Assembly: GCA_964016885.1 (NCBI GenBank)
Contig: OZ024743.1
Span: 308,016,001-308,080,000, forward strand
Source: Eledone cirrhosa
Taxonomy: Eukaryota
Direction of reading: 5' to 3'
DNA length: 64,000 bases
Part shown: positions 13,394 through 26,091 of the stretch, in pieces
Layout: every line of letters starts with the position of its first letter
How positions within the stretch are numbered: position 1 is the stretch's first letter
Made by a program: the position numbers and the translations under genes
Notes under the pieces: model-generated
Database searches by the model: none
What the model was told of the DNA's origin: nothing
What the model saw: the letters and a program-made list of their open reading frames with translations, nothing else

Positions 13394-13517
13394 ATGGCCA
13401 AGTGCTACGATATCTTAGTACGTTTGCTTCTTCTCGGCGACACCGGGGTTGGCAAGTCTTGTATCCTGTGCCGTTATGCCAACGACGAGTTCTTGGATAC
13501 TCACATATCAACTATAG
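13394..13517 (+). CDS. RAB15: Rab15-like small GTPase, coding exon 1 ([42 protein letters not shown])
   Basis: ATG at 13394; P-loop GDTGVGKS and effector motif HISTIG; donor G|GTGAGT at 13517/13518. The 124-nt length matches the exon structure I recall for Rab8/Rab15, and the N-terminus resembles vertebrate RAB15. Paralog assignment needs a phylogeny. Confidence 0.9.
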
Positions 13518-13992
13518 GTGAGTCACATTCTTTAAATTTAAATATATTTTTTTACCAATTCATTTCCTTTTTTTCCCCTGTTTCTCCTTTCCTTTGCCTC
13601 TGAATTATTGCATCCTGCTTATCCTTCTTCATTTTAAACTCGCCATTTCCAAAACTTAAAAAAATCGCCGTTCGATATATATATATATAATAAATATTTG
13701 TTATGCATGTTTGAATGTTTAGCATAAACATAAGGTAGATATATCTACTAGTTTTAAATTAGAAACCTTTATGTATGTATGTGTGTGCGTGTAAAACTCC
13801 AGAGTAACAAGACTCTACTTATAATAAATGAATATATATATATATATATATAATGATTGATTGATTATACATTATTTCAGCGAAGTCTGTTATTCCTGGG
13901 AATGGAATGAATGTCACAACTTACAGTTTACTCTTGAGTCTTGACGATTTTATAATTGAAAACTATTATTTGTATAAGTTTGTGTGTATATA

Positions 13993-14042
<50 letters not shown>

Positions 14043-14215
14043 GTGTGTGTGCCTGTATATGTGTAAACAACTACCTGTATGTGTGTGTATACATTTGTGT
14101 CAACCTACTACCCTCTCTGTGTCCATCTCTCCCTATATAAATATATATTGATTTAACGATGTTTATCTATCAGTAATGTGTGCATGTCTATTTGTTTATG
14201 CATATATATATCTGT

Positions 14216-14262
<47 letters not shown>

Positions 14263-15573
14263 CTCTGGGTTTGTGTGCACATAGTATATGTTGTGTATGG
14301 TTGAGATTTAGTTTAACTCTTTCGAAATACATACATCCACACATTTACATAATGCCAGATATAGATTCGGTGAGACCCTAATCGTTATAAAGATTGGTGA
14401 TCCCTTGTTAAAATAAATCATTACACCAGAAATTAAAAACATATATTATGTATTTTGATTATTCAGCCCCTAATGCTGTTGATGGTTTAACTTATGATTA
14501 AACCCATCTCTGGATAAACACGATTTCTTTGTTAAAGTTTTTCTACTCTAGATAATATAAGACGGGCTTTATATTATTGGTTTTTTTTTCAGTCTCCTAT
14601 CTTATTAATTCTATCAATATTGACATATCACATTTATAAATTTGTTTCTAAAGAATTTAGATTGGAAGGGAGTTTTTATTTTACTTTATTTTCAACACTT
14701 GTCATATTGAACTGTTATCAGCTTTCGCAGTCTTTCTGTCTCGGATGTAACTATCGTTAACTGTTCCTGTGTATAGTGTATACACACACTTAACACACAC
14801 ACGCACACTTTCATTTATATATGAATGTATTTATCCCCCCGCCCCTTCTCTTTCTCTCTTCTTACACAAATATGCGCGCGCGTGTGTGTGTGTATTTATC
14901 AAACAATTAACTGATCTATCGATTAGTATATATAGTTATATATTCATGGACGTTACACAGGCACAAACTAACACGGACACAGACTTACACAGACACAGTA
15001 ACGGACCACACACTCACACACAGACTATCACTGACACACATACACACCCATAAACAGACTAACACGGACGCACACACCCACACAACACAGACGCAATAAC
15101 AGACGCACATACACAGACTACCGCCGACATAGACACCCAACATTGATTCACACGGACACACAAACACACACGCAGTTTAACAGGGACTCAGTAACAGACG
15201 CGCGCGTACACACATAACACACATACACACGCAACACAGACTAACACGGATTTAATAACACATACACACACACAGAAATATATATATACACACACAGGCT
15301 GCCAAACGGTCATTCCAGCCCGCAATACTCAGTCAGACGTCTGGTTTACAACACACAATCATCCGTGTGATATGAATCACCAAACACCTCACCATATTCT
15401 AGACTATTAACAACACACAACCTGTAGAAAGCGGTAGTATTCCAGATTAACGGAATATTATGTTAACATTGAAATCATGTAAAAGCTGTACTTTCATTTA
15501 TTACTAATAAGGAAGCTGTATAATATATATCATCATCATCATCATACGTCCGATTTTCCCTGCTTGCAAGGGT

Positions 15574-15610
<37 letters not shown>

Positions 15611-15613
<3 letters not shown>

Positions 15614-15925
15614 CCTGGCAATCGGAAGGTTGTGAGTTCAATTCTCAGACCGGGTGATGTGTTGTTTCCTTGAGCAAGACACTTTATTTCACATTGCTCC
15701 AGTTTACTCAGCTGTAGAAATGAGATGATAGGATTAGGGTCCCTATCATTCCACTACAAAGTGGTCGTGGAGGTGCCACGGCAAAAAAGCACCCAGCACT
15801 CACTGTAAATGAGGTTTGGTGTTAGGAAGGGCATCCAGCTGTAGAAATCAAGCCAGAATCAGTTCCCGTCCCACCCTTGCAAGTGGAAAAAGCGGACTTA
15901 AAACGAAATGATGAAATGATGAATG
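15611..15925 (+). mobile_element. 5'-truncated SINE with RTE-type tail
   Basis: Reverse-complement match to 94-433; starts within a TA array. Confidence 0.8.
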
Positions 15926-16068
15926 ATATATATATATATAATGCGATGAAATACCCATGATCGTTTGGTAAATCACTGATGAGGGACTCATTTTATAACA
16001 TGTTATCCATGTGCAACCAGCAGTATTCTTCTCACCCATATTTTCATATATATATATATATATATATA

Positions 16069-16169
16069 CAGAGTGTCACCAAAAAATGTCTACACACTTC
16101 AACAGCATTCTGATAAATATTGCCTGTACAGGTAATCAAAGTGTGTATACATTTTTTGGGGACACCCTG
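16069..16169. mobile_element. Tc1/mariner-like mini-MITE
   Basis: TA|CAGAGTGTCACCAAAAAATGTCTACACACTT ... AAGTGTGTATACATTTTTTGGGGACACCCTG|TA. Confidence 0.75.
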
Positions 16170-17001
16170 TATGTGTGTATATATATATATATATATACTA
16201 TATAGTCTGTGGTGCTGAGACAGGGAAGACCACTAGTCATGGGAGTACACAATGCAGATTGGGTATAGAGATGTGTATATATATATATAGGTAATTACAC
16301 AGGATCTAGATCTCTGGCATTATGCACTAATACAGAAGACCTGCCTCCCCATGTGCACAGGCTGAAGCATACATCTTGTATGCATTACCTCCCCTCCCCC
16401 TTTCATACACCTCCACATCCTAAAACCCCTCCCTGCTTCCACATCCCTCCCCCTCCTGCACCTCCCACGTCCTAAATTTAGATTTACCTCCTAGATCTAC
16501 CTTCCTCACCCAAGTCCCCAACCCACACTGCAAAGTGATCATGTAGGTGACATGACAAAAAGCACCCGGCACACACTGTAAATATGGTTGGTGTTAGGAA
16601 GTGCATTCAGCTGTAGAAACCTAGCTAAAATCAGTCCTGTATGAGCAAGGCATGGTCATCGGACCTGGCTTGTCTCATAACGGAGCAACTCGTCTAACTC
16701 ATGCTAGTGTGGAAAAATGGATATTAAACGGTGATGATGATATTATATATGTGTGTGTGTGATAAGTAAACAAAAAACAACACGGTAAACGGATACAGTA
16801 CAATGAAGATATATATATTATGATAGATCAAAGCTTCATACTCACACTTCTTATCTTTTTGCGTTATCCAATGCCTTGAGACAGGGGTGAAACATTCACA
16901 AAGTTCGAGCTCCAGAATCTTTGGTCAACCATTGCAACACGCATATCCATTCCTTTGAGATCTAGGTCCATCACGATTGATTTCGACTTGTCTCTTAGCA
17001 T

Positions 17002-17188
17002 CTAGAGTCCTGAGGAGCAATCTTCCTTTACCCAATTGCACCTCTCAAGGGTGATGACACACGACTGTGACCTCTGGCATCGCGCAGTAATACAGAAGGC
17101 CCGAAGCTGAAGCATATAGACAATATGCCCCACCCCCTTCCACTGCAAAGTGGTTGTGGAGGTGCCATGGCAAAAAAAGCATACTATA

Positions 17189-17222
<34 letters not shown>

Positions 17223-17503
17223 CATACCTCCCCCACCGCAAGGTGGTCGTGGAGGTGCCACGGCAAAAAAGCACCCAGCCCACACTGTAAAGTGGACGTG
17301 TAGGCGTCACAGAAAAAAAAGCACCCAGCACTCACTGTAAATGAGGTTGATGTTAGGAAGGGCATCCAGCTGTAGAAATTAAGCCAGAATCAGTTCTTGT
17401 ATGAGTAAGACAAGGTCAGCCGACTGGACACTGTGCCCACAACAGGACAACTCGTTTAACCCATGCTAGTATGGAAGAACGGATGTAAAACGATGATGAT
17501 GAT
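17002..17503 (+). mobile_element. RTE 3' end / 3' UTR fragment
   Basis: Closely matches 43370-43762 and the 3' part of 49985-50885; ends CATGCTAGTATGGAAGAACGGATGTAAAACGATGATGATG. An older related fragment lies at about 16290-16742. Confidence 0.7.
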
Positions 17504-17536
<33 letters not shown>

Positions 17537-18002
17537 TACACATGAATGCAAAACATAATTATGATTAAATAATATATATACACAAACCTACATGTATAAA
17601 AAAAATTCACCCACATAATCAGAAATTTGCAAAAATTAGCAAAATCACCTCTTACCTATCTGGATCGTTCTTCAGAATGTGACCACTCTTCAAGGCGAAT
17701 GCAGAAAAAGTGAGAAAGTAAGGACAAAGGCACTACTAGCTGATGCCCTCTGGTCAACTAGTGGTCAAAACAAAAGACTAACAAAGGCCTTTAGAATTTT
17801 ATTACCTTGAAACAAAGCTATATGCTCCCCAAGTAGGTCATATCTAGACAGTATTAGAGTTCTTCTTTAAAATAACTACTCCAGTTCAAATAGGTTAAAT
17901 TTCTACACTTTCAATGGAAAATTATACACCCATTACTACTTCAATGCAAATATACTAAATCTATGTAGATCTCAAAGCAAAAAAAATAAAAATTAAGATT
18001 AA

Positions 18003-18221
18003 CTCTTTAACTTTTAAATCGGCCATATCTGGCCAGAATTCTCTCACCTCTTTCTGTTCAAAGTGGCTGTAACCAGCCACTCATACTGATGTTAAGGTAT
18101 TGTTCTCAAAATGAATAATATCAAAATCTCAAAGATTCGATATTATGTGAAATAAATATGAGATAAAGCCTTTACTATGAAAATACAATAGTAAATATAG
18201 AGTAATGTAAATACTAACGGG
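18003..18221 (-). mobile_element. piggyBac-like MITE, inverted copy of 4341-4544
   Basis: TTAA flanks; shared internal GGCCAGAATTCTCTCACCTCT and TTGTTCTCAAAATGAATAATATCAAAATC. Confidence 0.6.
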
Positions 18222-18289
18222 TTAAATTAAATTAAATTCCAAAGCAAACTGAAACTAACCCCCCAAATTTGGGGAATCTTTCTTTCTTA

Positions 18290-20690
18290 AATATGCTAAG
18301 CTTCTACTACCTTAATGTAAATTTAATTTCGAAGTCCTATGCCTTTCATCTGCAAACTAGAAATAACCTCAAATTTTCCAAGAATCTCCCTATTAGTGCC
18401 AAGGTACCTAAAAAAATGCCATATCAGAAATTTCTCCTTGTCCTATCATATGTTTTAAAAGTTTATTCCCTACCTCTGTAAAAACATTCATCAGGCTACT
18501 TATCCTACCATAACGTATACCTTGACTAGAAAAAAACATTCTATCCTAAAGATATTGACATACAGCTAGATGCAAAGGGCATCCAAACTATTTTAAAGCT
18601 AAAGTCCTTAGTCTTATTGTAGAGTTTTGTAACTATTGTCTCACCACCTATTTCGATAGTGATGTCTAAATAGTTAACCTCACTAATGTCACATCCATTC
18701 CTCTTCAGATAGATATTGTGCAGCAAACCCTTGAAAAGCCTACAATTAGTAACATATATATATCATCGATATACCCACCCAACTTCCTAATTAGGCCTAT
18801 TATCTTAAGCTTCCTTAAACCTTATAGATAGTAAAACTCACATAGGAGGATAAATATAAATTCACCAGGAGCGAACTACAGCTCCTACCCATTAGTATGC
18901 CTCTGACCTGCCTGTGAATGTAATGTAACTATTATTTACTATCAACGGGACTGCCTGTATGAGCTTAACCATTGTTCAATTAGTGTATCTGTTGTACCTT
19001 ATTCTAGACATGAAGCTCTTGCCGTTCTTGAAGGAAACAGTTGAATTATCGAAAGCCAGGTCTATTATATTACAAACCCCTTTTTTTAAAACTAAATCCA
19101 GCTTCGAACTAGTATAAAGGGTGGAAAATCATACACGTGCATTGTTTTTATCATCTTTATTCTATTCAATCTAGTTAGAAAAACCATTAGTAGATCTTAT
19201 ACTCCACCTCATATTTATTCCACTATTTGAAAGAATTGCACCACAATATCTATCAAAAGCCTCTTTAACTATTGCTAAAGCTTTGTTAACTAAAATAGCT
19301 ACTTGTCTATTTGTGCACCTAGTAGCTCCGGCTATAAATCTACACCCAAATGTTGTTTTGTGCAACTTGGGTATCCAGAAGACTCAAGGAACACACATAT
19401 TCTCCTCCTTCAACTGGCAACCACTCAGATCCTCTACTTCACTCATAAGCTTTACTATCAGCTGATTAATATTCCCTGGACTTGGCTTGTAAGTTCCATT
19501 ACCACTAAAGTTATAATAAACATCATCTCCTAACTACCTAGTTATATCCAACAGATACTATTATTTGCATATTATAGCGAAATTACCTGCTGCTTCATCT
19601 GCCGGTGCACTTATAGTGAAACCCATCTAAAAACTGCTTCACCTCAAGCCTATTAAATAGGGATAGCCCTTGCGTCATCATGCCCAACCCGCTTAACCTA
19701 CTTTTTACCAAGCTAATAACTCTCTCTTTCCATTCCTGAACACCTCACAAGCAAAACCAAATTTTAGGCCTAACTTAATCATGAAATCATCGATTGATTC
19801 CAACACCAACTCATCTACCATGGACTCGTATATCCTTACAGATTTCCTAAATTTTGTTCCCTTTGTCATAAGCTCCCTAAAATCCTTGTTCTCAGCTATA
19901 CCCAGATCACCAGTAATTATGTGCCCTACTTCCTGGTAGCCAAACCAACAACTTCCACAATCATATAACCTACTGCAAGCTTTCTTGAATTCCTCGGCAT
20001 TAATATTTGCTAAACACTTATTGTAGTTAAATAAAAATCCTCCTGATTGTTTGTCAATATAAATAACTAACACACATCCTCCTACTCTTTATCTCCTCAG
20101 GCAAGCATCCATGTACCTTCCTATTTCTAATAATTGAGTTCAAACCCCACCTATCCAGTGATTTATTAAATGGAATCCTGAAATATTCCACTTTGGCCTT
20201 TCTATCCTTATCCCTTGTGCCCTTAAGTAATCTATCGCAGAAACTATCTACCAGAAACTAACCTCAGATAACCCCTTTCTTCATACCTTTTCATCAAATC
20301 CTTTAGCTTACACTTGGAACATGCTCTAAGCCACACAAAACATTGGTAAAAATCCCTGGTCCTACAGAGTCCGACGAGTTTCTTCCACCCATTATTCATA
20401 TCGCATTCATCTCTCCTAATTTTTCTTAACTTCCTGCTACCGTGGCTAAGTTTCCTTCTTAGTACAGGCTGACAAAAATAAACATCACTAATACTATCTT
20501 CCCTCTTAGATATTATACTAGAGCCTGTAATTCTATCATTCAACCCTAGCAAGTTCACATTGCACATAACCCTTATCCAGTAATTCTTGTTTAGCCTTCC
20601 ACCTTGTTTAGTCCTTCCTCCTGAACCCGGTCAATGATCTGAATCCTACCACAACTGAAACCCTTCCTATTTTGCCTAGAGTGTTCGTAT
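18290..20690 (-). mobile_element. Degenerate Penelope-like retroelement with GIY-YIG upstream of RT (Naiad-type order)
   Basis: Fragmented frames, 5' to 3': RIQIID...YWIRVMCNVNLLGLND (GIY-YIG C-terminal half), RRKLSHG, GHIITGDL...MTKGTKFR, PKLHKTTFGCRFIAG, NYLDITI...TKLYNKTKDFSFKI. Many stops and frameshifts. Confidence 0.75.
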
Positions 20691-20862
20691 ATGTATAAAT
20701 ATATGTATATATTGTTATACTTTGGGAGGGTCATGTTGCCAATAAGAAACACATGCACCAGTTGCTTTCACTTCAATTTATTATAATAAATTTATAAATT
20801 TAGGAATTTATAAATTTCCGGTTGGTTGGTTGGTTCCACAACCAGATGGTTATTTATATATT

Positions 20863-20905
20863 GTCAAAGTTCTTTCGTCACACATTCTGTGACCTCTTCA
20901 GTGAC
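20863..20905 (-). ncRNA. Minimal type I hammerhead ribozyme motif
   Basis: Minus strand: GTCA-CTGAAGA-G-GTCACA-gaatg-TGTGAC-GAAA-gaac-TT-TGAC, giving stem I, an intact core, a 6-bp stem II and a minimal stem III. Confidence 0.65.
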
Positions 20906-21011
20906 TGGGGATTCTTTTCTTTGTTTTTGTGCCTCTCCTTTGTTCTGTCCTACGCCATCTTGTTTTTGTGTGTGTGTTTATATATGTATATGCTAGCATG
21001 GAAGTATATAT

Positions 21012-21355
21012 CATCATCATTTCATCATCATTTCATTTTACGTCCGCTTTTTCCCTGCTTGCAAGGGTGGGACGGGAACTGACTCTGGCTTGATTTCTAC
21101 AGCTGGATGCCCTTCCTAACACCAACCTCATTTACAGTGAGTGCTGGGTGCTTTTTTGCGGCAAGCCTCCACGACCACTTTGCAGTGGAATGATACGAAC
21201 CCCAGTCCCTATCATCTCATTTCTACAGCTGAGTAAACTGGAGCAATGTGAAATAAAGTATCTTGCTCAAGGAAACACATCACCCGGTCTGAGAATTGAA
21301 CTCACAACCTTTCGATTGCAAGGCCAATGCTCTAACCACTAAGCCATGTGCCTTC
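21012..21355 (-). mobile_element. tRNA-derived SINE with RTE-type tail
   Basis: Near-identical to 94-433. Confidence 0.85.
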
Positions 21356-21477
21356 AATATATAAATATATATATTGTATGTGTGTTTATATATATATATA
21401 TGCTAGCATGGAAGGTGGACGTTAAATGATGATGATGATGATGATATATATATCTATATATATATATATATATATAA

Positions 21478-24321
21478 TAAGACAATAGAGGTAGTTCGAG
21501 TTAGTAATCGAATAATTAAGCTTAGATTAGTTGTAGGTAGGAGACTACTGACAATCATCTCGGTCTATGCTCCCCAAGCAGGCCTAGGCAAAGATGAGAA
21601 AGACTGCTTTTATGAGCAACTTTTGCAAACAACCACAATGACAGAGGACGGAGACATCGTTATGCTAGCAGGAGACTTCAATGGTCATGTTGGACAGCTC
21701 CAGGATGGTTACACTGGGGTACATGGTGGGCACGGTTACAGTTCAAGAAATGAAGAAGGAGTGAGACTTCTTGAATTTTGTGATGCGAGTACATTGACTA
21801 TTTGCAACACAAACTTCCAGAAACCTGCCAATCACCTAATAACCTACAAATCTGGTGAGCACATAAGCCAGATTGACTTCCTGCTAGTTAGGCAGCGGGA
21901 CAGGCAGATAGTGTCTAATACCAAGGCATACCCTGGGGAAGAATGTACCCCACAGCATAGGTTAGTTGTTAGTGATATCTCAGTAAGCAAGAGATGGAAT
22001 GAGACATATAGGAAGGTGTGGAGAAGAAAGGTCTGGAAGCTAAAAGACCTTTCACTAAAATACAAATTTAGGAAAGCCCTTCAAGATGTATATGACGAAA
22101 AAGAAGACCATTTAGAGACGTATGACATAGATAATAACTGGAAGTTCTTACGTGACAACTTGCTGCAGGCTACTGATGAAACCTGTGGCTGGAGCAGAGC
22201 TTCAAACAGACAGAGAGTGACCTGGTGGTGGAACAGCAGTGTAGATAGGGCCATTAGAGACAAAAGACTAGCATGGAAGGCTTGGAAAAAGGGTGGGAGT
22301 AGGGAAGAATATACAGCCACTAAGAGAGAAACTAGACGTCAGGTGTACTTAGCACGCAGGGAGGCAGAGAGTAGGAGGTTTGCCAATGTTCTGCGACGGG
22401 AAGATCAGAGGCGTGCGGTGTTCCACATTGCAAGGCAGTGTGTCAATGCAAATCAGGATGTTGTTGGAGATAAATGTGTCCGGGATGATGCCGGTGTACT
22501 TAGTGTCACGAATGACCAGAAAAAGGAGGCCTGGAAATGTCATTATGAGAGACTGATGAATGTGGAGAACGAATGGGAGAGAGAGAAATTACCCTTGGTA
22601 GATCCGACAGAGGGACCAGCTATTGAGATTGACGAATATAGGGTCCAAGAGGCGATTAGGGAAATGAAAAATGGTAAGGCGGCCGGACCATCGGGAATAG
22701 TTGCTGAGATGCTGAAGGCATCAGGGGACGTAGGCACTAAACTGGTTGCACGCATCATCAATCAGGCTATATATGGTGGTGTCATACCCAAAGACTGGTG
22801 CAGCAGTATTCTCATAAATTGCTACAAAGGTAAAGGGGATGCTTTGGAGAGGAGCAATTATAGGGGTATAAAACTGATAGATCAGGTTATCAAAGTGGCA
22901 GAAAGGATTTTAGCACAACTAATTAGAGAAAGGGTCAAACTAGATGAGATGCAGTTTGGTTTTGTGCCTGGGAAAAGTACAACAGATGCCCTCTTCTTGG
23001 TGAAACAAATGCAAGAGAGGTTCTTAGAGAAGAATAAGCCACTATACTTAGCCTTTGTTGACCTAGAGAAGGCCTTTGATAGGGTACCCCAATCTGTCAT
23101 CTGGTGGTCCCTAAGGAAGCTAGGTGTTGAGGAATGGCTTGTGAGGACAGTGCAAACTTTGTACAGAGGTACTCTCAGTAAAGTCAGGGTAGGAATGGAG
23201 TTTAGTGAGGAATTCCAGATACAAGTAGGAGTACATCAGGGTTCGGTCCTTAGCCCGCTCTTGTTCATTATAGTCCTCCAAGCCATAACAGAGGAGTTTA
23301 AGACTGGCTGTGCATGGGAACTTCTCTATGCTGACGATCTGGCTCTTATAGCAGAATCAGTAGAGGAGCTAGAGAATAAATTCCGGCTATGGAAACAGCA
23401 GTTGGAAGCAAGATGACTGAGAGTAAATCTAGCTAAGACAAAAGTGTTGATGAGTAGAAAAGAGGACAAAACCCTGATTCCGTCAGGGAAATGGCCATGT
23501 TCGATATGCAGAAAAGGAACTGGCATAAATTCTATAAAATGCACACAATGCAGGTCCTGGGTACACAAGAGATGTAGCAGGATAGCAGGCAAACTAACAG
23601 GTAGGGAGAAATATGTATGCAGTAGATGTACAGGGAAATTAGACAGTAGAAGTAGCACTGATAGACACATTTTTCAAATGCGAGAGGGCGCTATAGAAGT
23701 GGTGGATAGCTTCCGGTACCTAGGAGATCAGATTAGCATGGGAGGAGGTTGTTCCGAGGCCATAGTATCTAGAATAAGGACGGGTTGGAAGAAGTTTAGG
23801 GAGCTGCTTCCTCTGTTGACGAAGAAGGGTTTCTCCCTGCGTACGAAAGGCCGGTTGTATGATGCCTGAGTGAGGAGCGCGATGCTGCATGGTAGTGAGA
23901 CATGGGCAGCAACTGCAGAGGATATGCGATGGCTGGAGAGAAATGAGGCAAGCATGCTCCGTTGGATGTGCAGTGTAAATGTGCGTGAACGACCCAGCAT
24001 AAATGTGTTGAGAGAGAAACTGTGTCTGAGAGGGATAGAATGTAGTGTACGGGAGAGGAGACTGAGTTGGTATGGACATGTGATTCGCATGGAGGATGAC
24101 CGATGGGTGAAGAAGTGCCAGGAAATGCCAGTTGAAGGAAGACGTGGTAGAGGTAGACCACGAAAAACATGGGCGGAGGTGGTGAGAACAGACCTCAGAT
24201 CATTGAAGCTCACGGTGGAGATGACGAGGGACCGTGACGAGTGGAGAGATGCTGTGCTGAATAAGACCCATCCCACCCTTGCAAGCAGGGAAAAGCGGAC
24301 GTAAAATGATGATGATGATGA
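21478..24321 (+). mobile_element. 5'-truncated RTE-clade LINE (partial APE endonuclease, RT, PHD-like finger), inactivated by two stops
   Basis: AGDFNGHVG and SQIDF (APE); QFGF, FVDLEKAFD, GVHQGSVLSP, LYADD (RT); TGA at 23414 and 23867 where copy 2 has GGA and TGT; (TGA)n tail; TA arrays on both sides. Confidence 0.95.
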
Positions 24322-24377
24322 TATATACATATATATATATCATCATCATCATCATTTAATGTTCACCTTCCATGCTA

Positions 24378-24428
<51 letters not shown>

Positions 24429-24457
24429 AATATATATATATATATACACATAAATAT

Positions 24458-26017
24458 AGTAACATTTTTAATAGAAATACTATTAAAATTTCTTACTCTA
24501 CGACTCCTAACCTTGCACATAACACCACGGCTTCAAATTTAGCTAAACTACCTAGCCGTAGGAACACGTGCAACCCTGTAGTTAGTACTAACTGTAATTG
24601 TTGGAATCGGGTTGATTGCCCCCTATCAATGTAAGGTTGAAACACCCACGTCCCGTAGGGCCTACATAGGGTTAACCACCAATAGATTCAAGCAGCTTCT
24701 TTACATGCATACCCATTCTTTTCGTTACCCCCTAAGAAGGAATATGACGTCACTTTCAGCTTATATCTAGAGTCTAAAAGACAACCACACCCAATATAAG
24801 TTACACTGGGAGATCCTAGCTAGGGCTAGATCGTATAACGGTAATAAAAGACCATGTGACCTCTGCGTCGCTGAGGCCCTGGAAATACTCTACGTCACAG
24901 ACCACATCTTAAACAAAAAATCTGAGGCAATTTCGGCTTGTAAACATAAATTGCACAAAACTTTCCTGTATTACAGCCCCACGTTATACCCTAACGGATA
25001 GTACGATCTATACGTGGATATTTTACGTCTTGATGTGGTAGCTAAGTATATGTTATGTTTATACCATTACTTATTTGCATAGGTAAGTATATATTACCTG
25101 TATGTTTTGTGAAGGTACGTATACTTTCTCGTATGTATATTTGATTGTATATGTTATGGCGTATAATTTTTTATATACTCTGGTACATATGGTTTGGTTA
25201 TGCATATACGGGAGTTTTGCGTCTGTGTGAGTATGCAGGTTCGTACGTATGTAGGGTGTGTGTATTGTGTACTTCATGTTTTGGTTGACGTCGTCTCCGA
25301 ACATTTGTGTATTTACATGTAGGTATGTGTGTGCGCTTGTTATATACGTATTTATTTATTTATTTATATACGTTTATTTAATTATTTATTTATTTATATA
25401 CAGGCACACGCATACACACATATTTATATGTGCGTGGTTTTGTATACCTATGGCAAGTGTTTTCGCGTATGCTTGTGTATGTACGTATTTGCATGCGTGT
25501 ATGTATTTATTTATTTTCTATTACCTCTGTATTGTATTTTATTTACTTTGTTCTTAACTCTGAAGCGGAGATTCATTCGGTTTCCTAGTTAGAATTTTAG
25601 TCTACGACTTCAGCTATACCATTTACGTGGTTTTGTCTTTGCGTGCAATTGTTCTCCACGCTCCACATATGACGTATTATCTTCGTTTTTTCTGTTCATT
25701 GCCAGAGAACGTCTCTATGCACCACCTAAGAGAACATTAGTCTACGACTTCTTTTATACCATAAACGTGGTTCTGTCTTTGCGTGTAATTGTTTTTCACC
25801 GCTCATATTAATGACATGTTATATTCGTTTTTTCCCGTTCTTTGCCAGGAAACGTTTCCACGAACCAAAGTATTGTCTTCCTGTGTTCCTCCGGTTGCAA
25901 CGTTTTTTGAAATATCCACTTCTGCGTTTACAGATTGACTTTGTTAGTTTCAGAAGATCCCGTTAAGGGTGAAAGCAGCGATTCTTTGCTTAAACTTTAA
26001 TCTGTTATTTTAATAAA
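24458..26017 (+). mobile_element. Penelope-like element 3' fragment (C-terminal GIY-YIG) with probable 3' UTR
   Basis: IFNRNTIKISYS...CNC...CPL, YIGLTTNRFK, WEILARA...CDLCVAEALEIL...LNKKSE to about 24975, then a UTR-like tract ending in a hammerhead-like fold and AATAAA. The 3' boundary is inferred. Confidence 0.7.
25930..26005 (+). ncRNA. Extended type I hammerhead-like fold with a core substitution (CAGAAGA)
   Basis: ACAGATTGA-bulge-AGTTT / AAACT-TTAATCTGT (stem I); CCC/GGG with a U.U closure (stem II); GAAA-GCA / TGC-TT (stem III). Confidence 0.5.
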
Positions 26018-26091
26018 TATATATATATATATATATATCATCATCATCATTTAACGTCCACCTTCCATGCTAGCATATATATATATATATA

